Shown: positions 26,693 through 39,676, counted from the first letter of the stretch. The stretch is DNA of 64,000 bases from Phyllobates terribilis (GCF_046119375.1 NW_027362767.1:384524001-384588000), one strand, 5' to 3'. Numbers and translations: made by a program. Notes: a model not told the origin generated them from the sequence alone.

Positions 26693-29139
26693 TGTTCAAT
26701 GCAGAGAAACATCTGGTGCCACCCAACCGCATGCAATAATGAGATAAAAGAAACGCTCAGTATCTAAGAAAGTGCCAAACCAAAAAAAGATTGCAGTATA
26801 AAAATAAAAGGGATATCTTGTGCATCTATGACAATGTCGAACATAAAAGAAACATCTTGCAGCGTTATGAGTCCTCAGCTAAACTAGGAGTAGGTCTGTC
26901 CACAAACTTGCTGTTTCCAATACAACCAGCAGAGCTGCAAACTATGTATCTGCTGTATAATACAGACGATGAGTCAGGATCAATGTGTTTCCAAAGTTAC
27001 TCAACTTTTTATTATAAAGAGAAAAAAGTAGGAAAGTTAAGATATCTTGTGCCTATATAATAATGGTTGCTAACAAGGAATTCTGGATTCATTTATTTTA
27101 CAATGTAATCCTATATAAAGTGCTAACTTGTCAGAAACTCCATTAACTCTATAATTGTCGGTTTTTCCTGACTACTATGAATTGGATGAGCAGACAAAAA
27201 CTTTATAGACTTTCTACAAATGTGAGTATTTCAAGACCCTGGGCTGCGATTATTAAAAAATAATTGTCATGGACAAGTATTTTTTTTTTCTTCACAGACC
27301 TGTAGAGCAAAGGGTGAGAAAGAGATTTCCAAAATTTCATAAATGATCCCCCAGGGTCCCGACAAATCACCCTGCTCATTATCTATACTGACACTCTGTT
27401 TATATGATATGTTCAATGCGGAGGAACATCTGGTGCAGCCCAACCGCATGCAACAACGAGAGAAAAGACACGCTCACTGTCTAAGAAAAGTAAGAAGGTG
27501 CCAGACAACTGGAAGAAGAAATTTATTCTAAAACCCCCCAAAAAAGAAGATATAAAATATCACAGCATAAAGGATATAAGGAATGTATCACTGACTGTAT
27601 TGTGCATCTATGACAATGGCAAATATAAAAGGAATAATGAAGTGAGTCACATTGATATTGGATAAATATTCCGCACTTTGCAAAAAGTGGTTTTCTGTAG
27701 TTCTTTTCTGGTGGAAAACACATTCAAGATTCCTCGATAGATTAGTGACAAATTAAAGGGGTTTTCTAGGCAAAAAATAAAAGCTGGCTCTCCCTGTAAT
27801 GAATCCTCAAACCTCTGTTACCTTTTAGATCCCCTTCCGCCATCCTTGTGTATGTATCTGTCACACTGATTATGATTACACACTCCTACTCTCAGTAAAG
27901 GCCCAATCTACCTTCAAGGCACCATCTTGAGACTTCTATATAGTCTCAAGGTGGATAAACTGCTGTATTTGGGCAGTGGTCAACCAGTGTGTTAATGGTT
28001 GTAATATACAAGGTCCAAGTGTTTGCTTTAACGACCAATGATTCCGCTTTTCCAAGTGACCACACAAAGATATTCAGGGGTCATTGATGGTTTCCATCAT
28101 TAATGCAACATTTTTGCGGTAAAGAAATTATTTTGCAATTTTTGGCAAGCTATTGAATTCATGTTAGCTGAATATTATAGGGTAATCTAATAACATTAGC
28201 AACACTGGGAATCAATTAAAGGAGTTTAGATGTAGATAGGGCCATCTCCTGGGTGACAAATCAAGTTGCCTTTATCTATACCCTAAATCTGTTGCGTCTA
28301 GACTTCGGCTCAAGTGTGTCTTGTGCCGATTTTGACCCATCGAGTGAATAAGCCATTTACAATTTTTGGCTAAAAAAATCTCAGTGAACTGAAAATCCAG
28401 TATGACAGAGCTCTGGTTGTTCTAGAGCTTATTTTTAACAACTATCTTGTCTCGAATAATGAACAGTTCCTGATCAGGTGTCAGTGCCAGAGGTTGACCG
28501 ATTCTACTGTAACCTTCCACAATATGTCACCTTAAACTATTAGGGGCGTGTCTGTCAAACTTGCTGACTGTTTCCAATGACAACCAGCAGAACTTTTTAT
28601 ATTGAAGAGTTTTATTTAAAAGGTAATTAGTCTGAGATCTCTTGCACCTATGTAATAATACAGGCTAAATTCTATTTTGGATTAATCAGTTTTACAATGT
28701 AATCCTATATAAAGTGCTAACGTGTCAAAAAAACTTCATGTCGAGTGCGGAAAACCATTTTCTCTCCAATTGTCTGTATTTCTCCGACTAATATGAAGAG
28801 GATGAGCTGACATAAGACTTTCTACAAATGAAAACCTGAGCTGCAATTATTAAAAAAATGATTGTCAGAGTGGTAAAATAATGCAAATCAAAGATCACAG
28901 GATGAGTATAATTAGTGATGGATCCTTGTAGGCCATGAATCCCCAAACCTCCGTTACCTTTTAGTTTTTTAGCTCCCCTTCAGCTGTCCTTGTGTATGTA
29001 TCCGTCCCACTGATTACACACTCTCAGAAACTTACCCAATCTACCTTCGAGGCACCATCTTGAGACTTCTATAAAGTCTCAAGGTGGATAAAATGCTGTA
29101 TTTGGACTGTGGCACTTGGACCCCAGGTTGTGCTGAACA

Positions 29140-29390
29140 TCATCATCCCATTTTCTTCCCCGTTGCTTGCCCCCCAGGTTATTGGCATACATGACCCCAT
29201 TATGGTGCTGGGTTTCGCCACGCAGGATAGAAGGGTTAGGTGTTAGTTTCGCCCTCCATTCCCCACCTTCTCTACAGCTCTTTAGAGACAGTAGCTCTAT
29301 ACAGGTCCTTGCCACAAGATATGGGACCCGACAAGGGCTGAGCCTCTCTCCAATGATCCTGTATACTATGCTTTTTGGGGTAGTCATAAA
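29140..29390 (+). mobile_element. Small L1-type RT fragment
   Basis: RYGTRQGLSLSPMIL resembles the L1 RT motif GTRQGCPLSPLLF. Confidence 0.5.
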
Positions 29391-29740
29391 ACACATGCTC
29401 TGTCTAATGTGTACCTTTATCTCCCCCCCCACCCCCCCCATTGCATAGGTGGTCAGTGCTTATATTTAAAGGTTTACTATAAAGATGGTAGACGGAAGAT
29501 GTTCAGGGTAGGGAGAATATTTAAGAAAACCCGTTTCCAGTCCTAAACATCACATTAATATCCCTGACAAAGTTGAGATGAACTTTTAAAAAAAGGTGCA
29601 AGATCCAGAACCACTTTGATTAGTGGTAATAAGATGGTGCCAGAGCGGGCGATCACTACAGAGATCCACTATGATTAGTTCAGGCATTAGTAGATAATCT
29701 TCTAGTAGCCGTAATGGCTGTCACACATGGATGGCCCATT

Positions 29741-29973
29741 TTACAGTTCACCCTTTTTAACATTACAAATCTGGCACACTCGGACAGCATGATACCACCC
29801 ACGAGAAGGGACCGGCCGCTGGAAATCAGAGCAAACGTGGCAGAAACCCTGGCCACAAGCCCGGCAGTGGTGTCTTGACATGTTAGGTGTGAACACTTTT
29901 TTGCACCCGTTGCAGTGGGAGATCTCTTGGTCCGATACCCAGTAGCTGGGGCGCGCTGCTTCCTTCACAAAAT
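29741..29973 (-). CDS. ZFYVE1: ZFYVE1-like, FYVE domain 2, last coding exon
   Basis: FVKEAARPSYWVSDQEISHCNGC...SRHHCRACGQGFC..CS..RPVPSRGWYHAVRVCQIC..KKGEL*; TTTTTAG| acceptor; total CDS 1956 nt = 651 aa. Confidence 0.95.
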
Positions 29974-31124
29974 CTAAAAAAAAAAAAAAAAAAAAGAAAA
30001 AAAAAATGAAATTAAAAAAATGCAGACATATTGCTCCAATCCCTTCAAAATCTAATATTACTACACATTCACATTTTGCAACTCATTACCACTTATATTT
30101 TCAGGACTACTAAGAAGAGCACAATGGCTCCTAAATTTCATAGTCTGGCTCCTAAATCCTGCAATATCTTGTCTATTCTCTCCCCAGTGTTAGGGCTTAT
30201 TCACACACTGTATTTTTCGGCATATTTTTCCCCTTGATTTGGGGTGTGCAGACTCCCGCTCGATGGTAAGAGTTTAGGAGTGTTAAATGTTAATATCTTC
30301 GGAAATCTGTCCCTACAAAGTTATATAGTGCCTGGCAGTGGCTTATTCACTCCTTCCCAGAGAAAACACATGCACGCTCGGACAAAACGATTGTGCATGA
30401 GGAAGAATAGTTGTCGGCTGACAGCTATTAAAGGACTTAATTGCGAGACTTTATTTTATTTAAATGCATGTATTTTTTAATTAAAATTATTTTTGCAATT
30501 AGGTTTCATTAAAAATAATTGCACCATCTGTCTTCTGTAGCCTCTGTGTTGCGCTGTTTACTGACGGCTGCAGAATGGGGTAACCGAGAGTCTGTCTGTA
30601 AGCTCATTCTAACAAGAGAGCTCATAACTCTTATTTTCCTTTTTCTGAGCTCTCTCTGTTAAATTATGACCACATGAAAGTAGAAAATAGCACTGTAGTC
30701 AAAAAATCAGCAGAGAAGAGCTCAGAAGAAGGAAAACAAAAGCTGTAAACTCACTGGTTAGAGGAGATCACTGACGGATTCCCAATTAAAGGGGTTGTCC
30801 AGGACTATTACATTTTTCTTTACTATGAGCCTATAAAACTAACAGGCAGATAGTTGCTAAAAGAGGCAACTACCTGCCTGTTCTACCCGGCGCCGGTGAT
30901 TTAGCTGCTCCATGTCAACAGAGAAGCTCTTCTTCCGGGATGCTCTGTTAACAGGGTGCCGGCTCCCTGCAGTTAGGCAGCGGGGAGCCCTGTCAGAAGA
31001 GAAGCATTTAAGTAAAAAAAAAAAAAAAAAAAAGCTCCTGAAGGTGCCCATAACTTTATGTTCTTTTAAAATATAATGAAATCACACTAAAATTTTTTAA
31101 AAAAAAAGGCAAAAGAAGATTTAC

Positions 31125-31232
31125 ACAGAGGATATTCTATGACAGAAGACACCATGTTCAGGGAGCTTTGAGCCATCTCAGTCACTTTGCGAGGCAAGAG
31201 ATTACTCCCATCATCTTCCACCGACTGCTGAC
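31125..31232 (-). CDS. ZFYVE1: ZFYVE1-like, inter-FYVE exon
   Basis: QQSVEDDGSNLLPRKVTEMAQSSLNMVSSVIEYPL; CCACAG| and T|GTAAAT; 108 nt, phase-compatible. Confidence 0.9.
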
Positions 31233-31642
31233 CTGTGGTGAAAGCAACAAACACACGGGAAAAAAAAGTTACAAAATATCACATGGATTTTAGACTTTAT
31301 TTGATCCTCACCCCCCAAAAAAACAGAATTAGGGGCTACAAAATGGAAAGAATTTAATAAAAAATAACCCAAGGGAAAGAACAAATAAATGATATGAAAA
31401 GCAGCAAAGTTCCACAGTGGCATATCTCACATTCACTGTAACCCTTTAAAAAGACTGGGAGATCTTTCATTTTCACGTTTCCGTTTTTCCTCCCATTTTT
31501 CCAACGGCCAGAACTTTTATATTTGTCAATTACTACTTTTGCAGTACGAGTTGTAGCTTTGAATTGCATTCATTTTTCAATATAAAAAAAAATGGGAAAA
31601 AACATAATCCAAATGCGTCAAAATGTTGAAAAATAAGCCCAT

Positions 31643-31686
<44 letters not shown>

Positions 31687-31689
<3 letters not shown>

Positions 31690-33304
31690 TATAGACCAAA
31701 AGTTTGGACACACCTCATTTAAAGATTTTTCTGTATTTTCATGACTATGAAAATTGTACATTCACACTGAAGGCATCAAACTATGAATTAACACATGTGG
31801 AATTATATACTTAACAAAAAAGTGTGAAACTACTGCAAATATGTCTTATATTCTAGGTTCTTCAAAGTAGCCACCTTTTGCTTTGATGACTGCTTTGCAC
31901 ACTCTTGGCATTCTCTTGATGAGCTTCAAGAGGTAGTCACCGGAAATGGTCTTCACTTCACAGGCGTGCCCTGTCAGGTTTAATAAGTGGGATTTCTTGC
32001 ATTATAAATGGGGTTGGGACCATCAGTTGTGTTGTGCAGAAGTCTGGTGGATACACAGCTGATAGTCCTACTGAATAGACTATTAGAATTTGTATTATGG
32101 CAAGAAAAAAGCAGCTAAGTAAAGAAAAACGAGTGGCCATCATTACTTTAAGAAATGAAGGTCAGTCAGTGCGAAAAATTGGGAAAACTTTGAAAGTGTC
32201 CCCAAGTGCAGTTGCAAAAACCATCAAGCGCTACAAAGAAACTGGCTCACATGAGGACCGCCCCAGGAAAGGAAGACCAAGAGTCACCTCTGCTTCTGAG
32301 GATGTTTATCCGAGTCACCAGCTTCAGAAATCGCAGGTTAACAGCAGCTCAGATTAGAGACCAGGTCAATGCCACACAGAGTTCTAGCAGCAGACACATC
32401 TCTTCAACAACTGTTAAGAGGAGACTTTGTGCAGCAGGCCTTCATGGTAAAATAGCTGCTAGGAAACCACTGCTAAGGACAGGCAACAAGCAGAAGTGAC
32501 TTGTTTGGGCTAAAGAACACAAGGAATGGACATTAGACCAGTGGAAATCTGTGCTTTGGTCTGATGAGTCCAAATTTGAGATCTTTGGTTCCAACCACCG
32601 TGTCTTTGTGCGACGCAGAAAAGGTGAACGGATGGACTCTACATGCCTGGTTCCCACCGTGAAACATGGAGGAGGAGGAGTGATGGTGTGGGGGTGCTTT
32701 GCTGGTGACACTGTTGGGGATTTATTCAAAATTGAAGGCATACTGAACCAGCATGGCTACCACAGCATCTTGCAGCGGCATGCTATTCCATCCGGTTTGC
32801 GTTTAGTTGGACCATCATTTATTTTTCAACAGGACAATGACCCCAAACACACCTCCAGGCTGTGTAAGGGCTATTTGACCAAGAAGGAGAGTGATGGGGT
32901 GCTACGCCAGATGACCTGGCCTCCACAGTCACCAGACCTGAACCCAATCGAGATGGTTTGGGGTGAGCTGGACCGCAGAGTGAAGGCAAAAAGGCCAACA
33001 AGTGCTAAGCATCTCTGGGAACTCCTTCAAGGTTGTTGGAAGACCATTTCCGGTGACTACCTCTTGAAGCTCATCAAGAGAATGCCAAGAGTGTGCAAAG
33101 CAGTCATCAAAGCAAAAGGTGGCTACTTTGAAGAACCTAGAATATAAGACATATTTTCAGTTGTTTCACTCTTTCTTGTTAAGTATATAATTCCACATGT
33201 GTTAATTCATAGTTTTGATGCCTTCAGTGTGAATGTACAATTTTCAAAGTCATGAAAATACAGAAAAATCTTTAAATGAGGTGTGTCCAAACTTTTGGTC
33301 TGTA

Positions 33305-33307
<3 letters not shown>
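31687..33307 (+). mobile_element. Tc1 element (MARKKQLSKEKR family), defective, ~267-bp TIRs
   Basis: TA|CAGTATAGACCAAAAGTTTGGACAC ends; transposase 32097-33147 with a 2-nt deletion near 32302 and a nonsense codon at 32497; (TA)n on both sides. Confidence 0.93.
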
Positions 33308-33399
<92 letters not shown>

Positions 33400-34022
33400 G
33401 TTAAATAAAATTTCAAAAGTTTGTTAAAAACAAAAACATCCTCGATCTGTATTTACTATGTTGGCGCACCTATGACTTCTTGATCACTATATGGGCTATT
33501 TCAGAAGAGCTCATTATGCAGACCAGAGCTGTCAGTGTACACGATGATCGGCACACAGACAGAGCACGTAACCATTATTGCCAGTGATTTTACACGCAGA
33601 GAAATGATCTGCGTTGGAAAAAAATATATACATAAAAAAAAAAAAAACGCAGCATTCACTACTTTGGTACGATTTACAGACCAGAGAAGTGCATGCAGAT
33701 GTCAGGACCAAGAAAAGATTTCAATTTTTTTTTTCATTAATGGAGATTGCTGCTGATTGTGACCCGGACCTCTCATTCTTACTGGAGATCTCAGTGTTGG
33801 ATTACTATGAAACTCCCAGCCAAAAAGAGAACGGAGGCCCCTTGACCTTGTTTTGCAAACCAAGGTGGCAGGAAACAATAATTCCAGGAAAAGCTAAGAA
33901 AGCATTTCCACTTAGTCTCCATCTTGCAGAATGGGGTCAGGACACCTGTTCTCCCACCATGTGCGTTATCTCTTGATAGTCCATGTCCACCTACCACTGG
34001 GCATCATCATTTTGCTTCTTAC

Positions 34023-34200
34023 CTTTCCCAGGCCCTTTACTGTGACACTTTTTACAGACCCGCACCGGTGACGGACCCCAGCCTCTCTCAGGGACAGGCA
34101 TCTTTTGATTGGAGCAGGTATGGCAGAAGCCTTCTCCACAAACTCGGCAGTGGTGCTTCTGCTCGGCTATTTGGAAGACCTTCTTGCACCCGTGACACTC
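34023..34200 (-). CDS. ZFYVE1: ZFYVE1-like, FYVE domain 1 exon
   Basis: ECHGCKKVF...QKHHCRVCGEGFCHTCS...PVPERGWGPSPVRVCKKC; CTAAAG| and G|GTAAG; 178 nt. Confidence 0.94.
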
Positions 34201-34343
34201 CTTTAGGTGGTCGACAAGTTGCATAGAAAAATATGGGAGAAATATTTTCATTAGCATTCAAATTACAGACCAAGTATTAAGAATATAATCTTTGCACGTA
34301 CCACAGCGGCCAGCAAGGTTGTGACATATTCCCTAAATCTTAC

Positions 34344-34514
34344 CGTAATATCTGCATTGGGGCGCCAATAAGTAGGAGCCACGCGGTCAGTGACCCAGGA
34401 GGTGACGGCACGGGTGGGCCCAGCACTGTACTCATTCACAGACTGTATAACCAGGGTGACCCCGTCCAGGACCCGCTGAGCTGCATTGTGTTGGTCCAGG
34501 GAGCAAGAGTCGCT
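34344..34514 (-). CDS. ZFYVE1: ZFYVE1-like exon
   Basis: SDSCSLDQHNAAQRVLDGV...GPTRAVTSWVTDRVAPTYWRPNADIT; CCTGCAG| and ACG|GTAAG; 171 nt. Confidence 0.94.
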
Positions 34515-35735
34515 CTGCAGGGAAATATTCAGACACTGAAGTGAAACACATTCTCATGGTGTCCTTTAAGGGACAAGTATAACACGGGACATAGCACTAT
34601 TCGGCCTCGACTGTATTAAAGGGGTTGTCCCCGTTTACAAAATTGTGGAACATTTTGTTATAAAAAAACAAACTCTGCTTTTCTCACCTTCCTCTAGTAC
34701 AGCGACGATTCTCCGCCACTACTCCTTTTATCTGGTACTGGCTGCAGCGTTGATACCTTGTTGGCAGTCAAACACTGAGCGGGACTGTGAGGAGCTGACC
34801 ACTTACTAAAGACTTTTCCAGCACAGAGCACCCATTTTAGGCAATATTATTATTCTGTTTTATTAGAGATTTGCTGGCTGTGTTTTATTAATGCGCACTT
34901 GTAAAGTGTCCAGCATTCCACTAATCTCATCAGTATCTCAGAAGCCTCTAACTATTGTTCCAAAAGGGAATAAGCCCATTATGTGAGTGTTGATTGTAGA
35001 CACAGTGGAGCCGTCACCACATGTGACCACGTCTTACATGCAGTCTCAGGTGAAGGCTCTTGGAATATTCTTCATTGTTTCAGCTAAAGTAAATACTTAA
35101 GGGGGAGGGTGTCATCACTTCTGACATTTGAGGGGCCTGACCCCAGGGAGGAAAAAGGACACGTTTTAGTGAGGAGTTTGTGGAAGGACATGGAAGGAGG
35201 AGGATGGAGACTGAGGACTTGGAAGGATGGATGTATAAGCATGTTACCATTGTGGGATCTGTCGTTTGGATTTAAACTTTCTTAAAGGATTGTTCCTACT
35301 GGATACCTGTGTTTCCATCGTTTTATCTGTGGTCTGGAGGATCGTGGACTGAGGCTACAGACTATAGATACAAAATATGTGAGCCTACCAAAGTTGGGAG
35401 ACAGTGAGTATGGACTGATACAAAGCCAATGGAACTACTGATCCCAGGTTGGGAACTTAAGGACTGAGAGAATTGTATTTTGGCTATTTACCTGGAATTG
35501 CTGTATTACCATGGATGTGATTAATAAAATATTGTTGCATCGTTAATCTGCCTAAGTGATTATTTACAACCCACAATCTCAGATCTTCACAGGAACATAT
35601 ACATAGCCTCCGGTCCCGGGTCTCATACCGGTGAATCCCTCCAGCGCACAGTGTCTGCGCTGGGTGGATTCATAAGTCTGCAGTCACACAGAGTGACTGC
35701 AGACTTATCACTTTTGACCTTTCCGTTCACCCTTT

Positions 35736-36183
35736 TTAAGAAGCACTCCTCCCAACAAAGTTTTTATCCTGCTAATATATTGCAATCATCATATTATATA
35801 GCACTGTGTACTTACAATTGCTCATTTTCCCTTTCTACCCAGTTAAATCTTCTCTTTTCTCTCCTCTATGTAGAAACAGGAAGTCTCTTGTCCCTGTATG
35901 AATCATTCCCCTCTTCCACTCCTGACCCAGCTGCTCCCTCCTCCCCCTGCCAGGGAATTTTGCAGTGACTCATGCAGAGAAAATTGACCTCCTGTTTCTA
36001 CATAGAGCTTAGATGGATTCAGCTAGTCATGTGATGTCATAGACCTAATGGAAAAGAAGAATTAGCTGGGTAGAAAGGCAAAAAGAGCAATTGTAAGTAC
36101 ACAGTGCTGTATAATATGATGACTGCAATATATTAAAAGGATACAAATTTTCATGGGAGGAGGAGGAGGAGTGCTTCTTTGAA
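35736..36183. mobile_element. TTAA-type foldback MITE
   Basis: AAGAAGCACTCCTCCC...GCACTGTGTACTTACAATTGCTC...CTACCCAG arm and its reverse complement CTGGGTAG...GAGCAATTGTAAGTACACAGTGC...GGAGTGCTTCTT. Confidence 0.75.
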
Positions 36184-37110
36184 TGCATTTGCCCTGCATT
36201 ATATTAAACCTTTAAGAAAGCAGCCAATTTTCATTTTTTGCCATTTGTTTTTTTTTTTTCTTTCCCATTTGACATAGCCATATGAGGGCTTGCTTCTTGC
36301 GGGACGAGTTGTAGTTTAATTAATTTTACCATAAAATGTACTGAAAAAAAAAAACAAGAGTGGGGTAAAATGGTGAAAAACACGCAAAGCTGACTGCTGA
36401 ATTGTGTAAAAAAGAAAAAAAAAAGTTAAATAATTGTTTTGGCCTCGTTTTTTTTTTGCTTTCCAATATGTAATTTAAATTCTTTCCATTTTGGAATACA
36501 AACAATATTTTGATCGCTTTTTATTGCATTTTTTTTCTGTTGATGGGGCGACAACTGAAAAATGGCAATTCTGGTGTTGCTATTTTATTATCTTTACTTC
36601 GTGTATCCAGGGGGTTTGTAAACATTTTTGCAGATGCAACGAGATCAAATATTTTATTAATTTCTTTATCTTTGGTTTGGAAAAAGGAGGGAGATTCAAA
36701 CATTTATTAAAATAATTAAAAAAAAAAAAAAATGTATTATTATTTTTAAATATTTGTTCTATTTCTTTTTTTGGTAGATTTTACAACTACGGGACTTGAA
36801 CTTGCGATCGTTTGCACTGTATGCTGCAATATTTCAGTACTGAAATATGCAGAGAAAATGACGATTTCCTTGGAAGCGCAGCTAAGCTTTTTGGGAGTAC
36901 AAAGATGGCGGTGGTGTCGGTTTGATGCTACTTTCATCCATCAGCACCTGTCACGCGCATGCTACAGAACCATTACAATGCTGCAGTCAATTTCTGATTT
37001 AAAGGGTTAAACGCCATGTATCAGATCCTGATACATCCCGTGTCAGGAAGGGGTTAAACACGACTCTCTTCTGTCATAGTCACATAAAATAACCAATATA
37101 TTGCAAGCAC

Positions 37111-37228
37111 CTCGGACCAGACGTGGCGAACCTCCTGGCGAACAACTGATCCATCCGGCTCCCGATTTCCGTACCAATACTGTCGACTGCGATAAATTAT
37201 CCCACACACTCGGCATTCAAGGACATAC
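37111..37228 (-). CDS. ZFYVE1: ZFYVE1-like exon
   Basis: YVLECRVCGIIYRSRQYWYGNREPDGSVVRQEVRHVWSE; TTCCCAG| and GAG|GTGCT; 118 nt. Confidence 0.93.
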
Positions 37229-37579
37229 CTGGGAATGAGGATCATCGTAATAATATCAGTATTTCTACATGGAGCGTTTCACGTGCTAAAAATGAATTAT
37301 TTTCAGCATTTGCACCGAATTTTTTGGTAGTAAATTACCCAAAAAAAAAAGAAAACACAACCTGGCAAGCTTTCTTTCAGGGATGGCAAACTGAGCATTT
37401 CTAGCAAAAATCCACGGGTATTATTTAACGCTGTATGGCGGTATTATTTGTATTGCATTATTATTAGGCCTCTAAATGGAGTGTTATTTTGACACTATAT
37501 GGCGCTGGAGTGAAATTACAGGACAAACCCTTATTTTCTATTAACCAGATCCACTCCCTTGGATATTACAGGCAAAACA

Positions 37580-38048
37580 TAAAAGGATTATTCCCATCTT
37601 CATAGATGGGTATTGTTGGATAAGAGCTTGTAAAAACAAGCACTTTTGCAATTTACTGCTTATTAAAATGTTCAGCCGTTTTTGAGATATTACCCGTTTT
37701 GTTTACAGCTCGTTGCCTAGGAGACCGACCACTGCTGCTGTCTATCTTGTACTCACAGTGTTGAAGCTGGCCAGGGTTAGGAGGTAACATCCCACTCCAG
37801 CGATCCTGGCCAGCTTCAAAACAGGGGTTTCAAGTTCAATAAAAAAAGTGCCTGTAGGCACTGCACATGTTCTGCTGTCTACCAGCAGTGGACGGTGTCC
37901 AAGGAAACAAGCTGTACACAAAAGAATAAAAGTATTAATATCTCAAGAACGGCTGAAAATTTTAATTAGCAGTAAATTGCAAAATTGCTGGTACTTACAA
38001 GCTCTATCCAATAATACTCATATAAAAAAGCTGGGACTAACACTTTCA
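37580..38048. mobile_element. Foldback MITE in a ZFYVE1-like intron
   Basis: ~85-bp arms GTATTGTTGGATAAGAGCTTGTAA...TTCAGCCGTTTTTGAGATATT / AATATCTCAAGAACGGCTGAA...TTACAAGCTCTATCCAATAATAC. Confidence 0.7.
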
Positions 38049-38092
38049 AAACAAGCAATGTAAGAATAATTTAAAAAAATAAATAAGCGTAC

Positions 38093-38190
38093 CCAGACCA
38101 GGCGTACTTTGCCAAACCCAACCAGGGGCTGTCTGTGGACGCTAAAGTCCTCGGGATGACCAGCATCTCTCGTCCACTCTCATAACATCG
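38093..38190 (-). CDS. ZFYVE1: ZFYVE1-like exon
   Basis: RCYESGREMLVIPRTLASTDSPWLGLAKYAWSG; CCCGCAG| and GG|GTACG; 98 nt. Confidence 0.93.
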
Positions 38191-38377
38191 CTGCGGGAAG
38201 GAAACCAGAATTTATAAAACACTCATTCCATATATCTGTCCTATAACATATGTATGTACAGCTCGATCCCATAAACCCAAGCTCAACAGAAAGTGACCTT
38301 ATAAGTCCCACTGATCAGACACGTCTCGATCCTCCACGCCTCCCACACTTTTCTGTATCTCGCCCCCCCCCACTCAC

Positions 38378-38486
38378 CTTGCATATTAAGACTTTGTTGT
38401 TATACTCATGGGCGTAATGACACAGACCATCGGTCTGGTGGAGAACGCCGTCCTTCAGATGGTTCATCCTGTTCTTGCATCGAGAC
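38378..38486 (-). CDS. ZFYVE1: ZFYVE1-like exon
   Basis: SRCKNRMNHLKDGVLHQTDGLCHYAHEYNNKVLICK; CCCCCAG| and AAG|GTGAG; 109 nt. Confidence 0.92.
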
Positions 38487-39524
38487 CTGGGGGTTAGAAA
38501 TAATAGATTTGCAATGAATGGAGGCGGCAGTGACGAGACCCCAGATATTTAATTGTTTTGTCTTGTTAATCAGAACCAGCAGCTTCCGTGATAAGACGAC
38601 AACGTGGTATGTTGTATAATCAATAAGAGAAAGATAAATTTAATTTCCGTCTTGCAAACTTACACAATGTAAAGCCCCTTATACACATCAGATGGCCATC
38701 AGCCCAGCCGTGGATCGGCCCAGCCATCTCTGCCTTAGGCCTCATTCACATGTCAGGTTTTTTCACATACGAGAAAAACTGACCGGGTTTCATCACTGAT
38801 TTTGATCAGAGTTTTCCCACACTTTGGTCCAAGTTTTGTCTTCTACGTAAAAAAAAAAAAAATTCTCTATTCCTTTCCTACCTAAAAGTCTGTGAAAATT
38901 GGACTGCACTCTAAAGCCATCCAAGCGCAGTCCAATTTTTCCACGGACTTGCATGGCCAATTTTGCTTAGACGATCAGATTAAAATCGGACATATCTCCG
39001 CGATTTGGTACAGATCGCAGAAAATCACGGATATGTGAATGGCCCCATTCATTATTGTGAGTGTTATTCGAGAAAATAGGATGTCTGACTGAGGCCTCAG
39101 ACAGGAGCACTCAACCTGCCGAGTGCTCCTGTGTTCTCTAAGAGAAAGCTGCTGCCACACCCTTCGGCGGAGGCTTATCCCTAAAGAACAAAAGGATCGG
39201 CAATCTGACATGTGGGATCCTTCTCTCCCCAGGGCACCGGCACCAGGTTGCTTTACCCACAGGCTACGTTCACATGATTTGATGATTTTCTAGACGTGCG
39301 GCAAAAAATGTTTTGGTTTTATTGTGATCACAGCAAAAAATAAATAACGCACCACGGGTGCAATGTGAGAACGCAGACTTAGTATCATAGACAAAACAAC
39401 TGTAAACTGATCTTTAAAGTGAATTATTAAACTGGTGGCCAGCTTAACACACGGCAGGACCATCGTTGTCTAATCAGTCTTCTAATAAACATATATTAAA
39501 TTCCTAGCTGATGTATAGAATTAC

Positions 39525-39631
39525 CGGCAGCTCAGACAACGCAAAGAACATGTGAAGTATTCGTCTGGGAAGAAAGAGGTGATATGAACCTGCTCGTCTG
39601 GAATATCCCCTGAGAAACGCTCACTCAGACT
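39525..39631 (-). CDS. ZFYVE1: ZFYVE1-like exon
   Basis: SLSERFSGDIPDEQVHITSFFPDEYFTCSLRCLSC; CTTGCAG| and CG|GTAAT; 107 nt. Confidence 0.93.
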
Positions 39632-39676
39632 CTGCAAGGGAAACACACAGGCATTACCATCCCACAAAATAAGTCA

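Noticed and set aside
27985-28540. Minus-strand peptide GQPLALTPDQELFIIR resembling a Tc1 linker
   Set aside because: A single short match with no TIRs or catalytic motifs.
33207-33416. IYIYIY-type ORFs here and near 4.2, 46.9, 48.5, 50.3 and 52.2 kb, and ORFs antisense to transposases
   Set aside because: These are (TA)n translations and shadow frames of real or decayed transposase genes.
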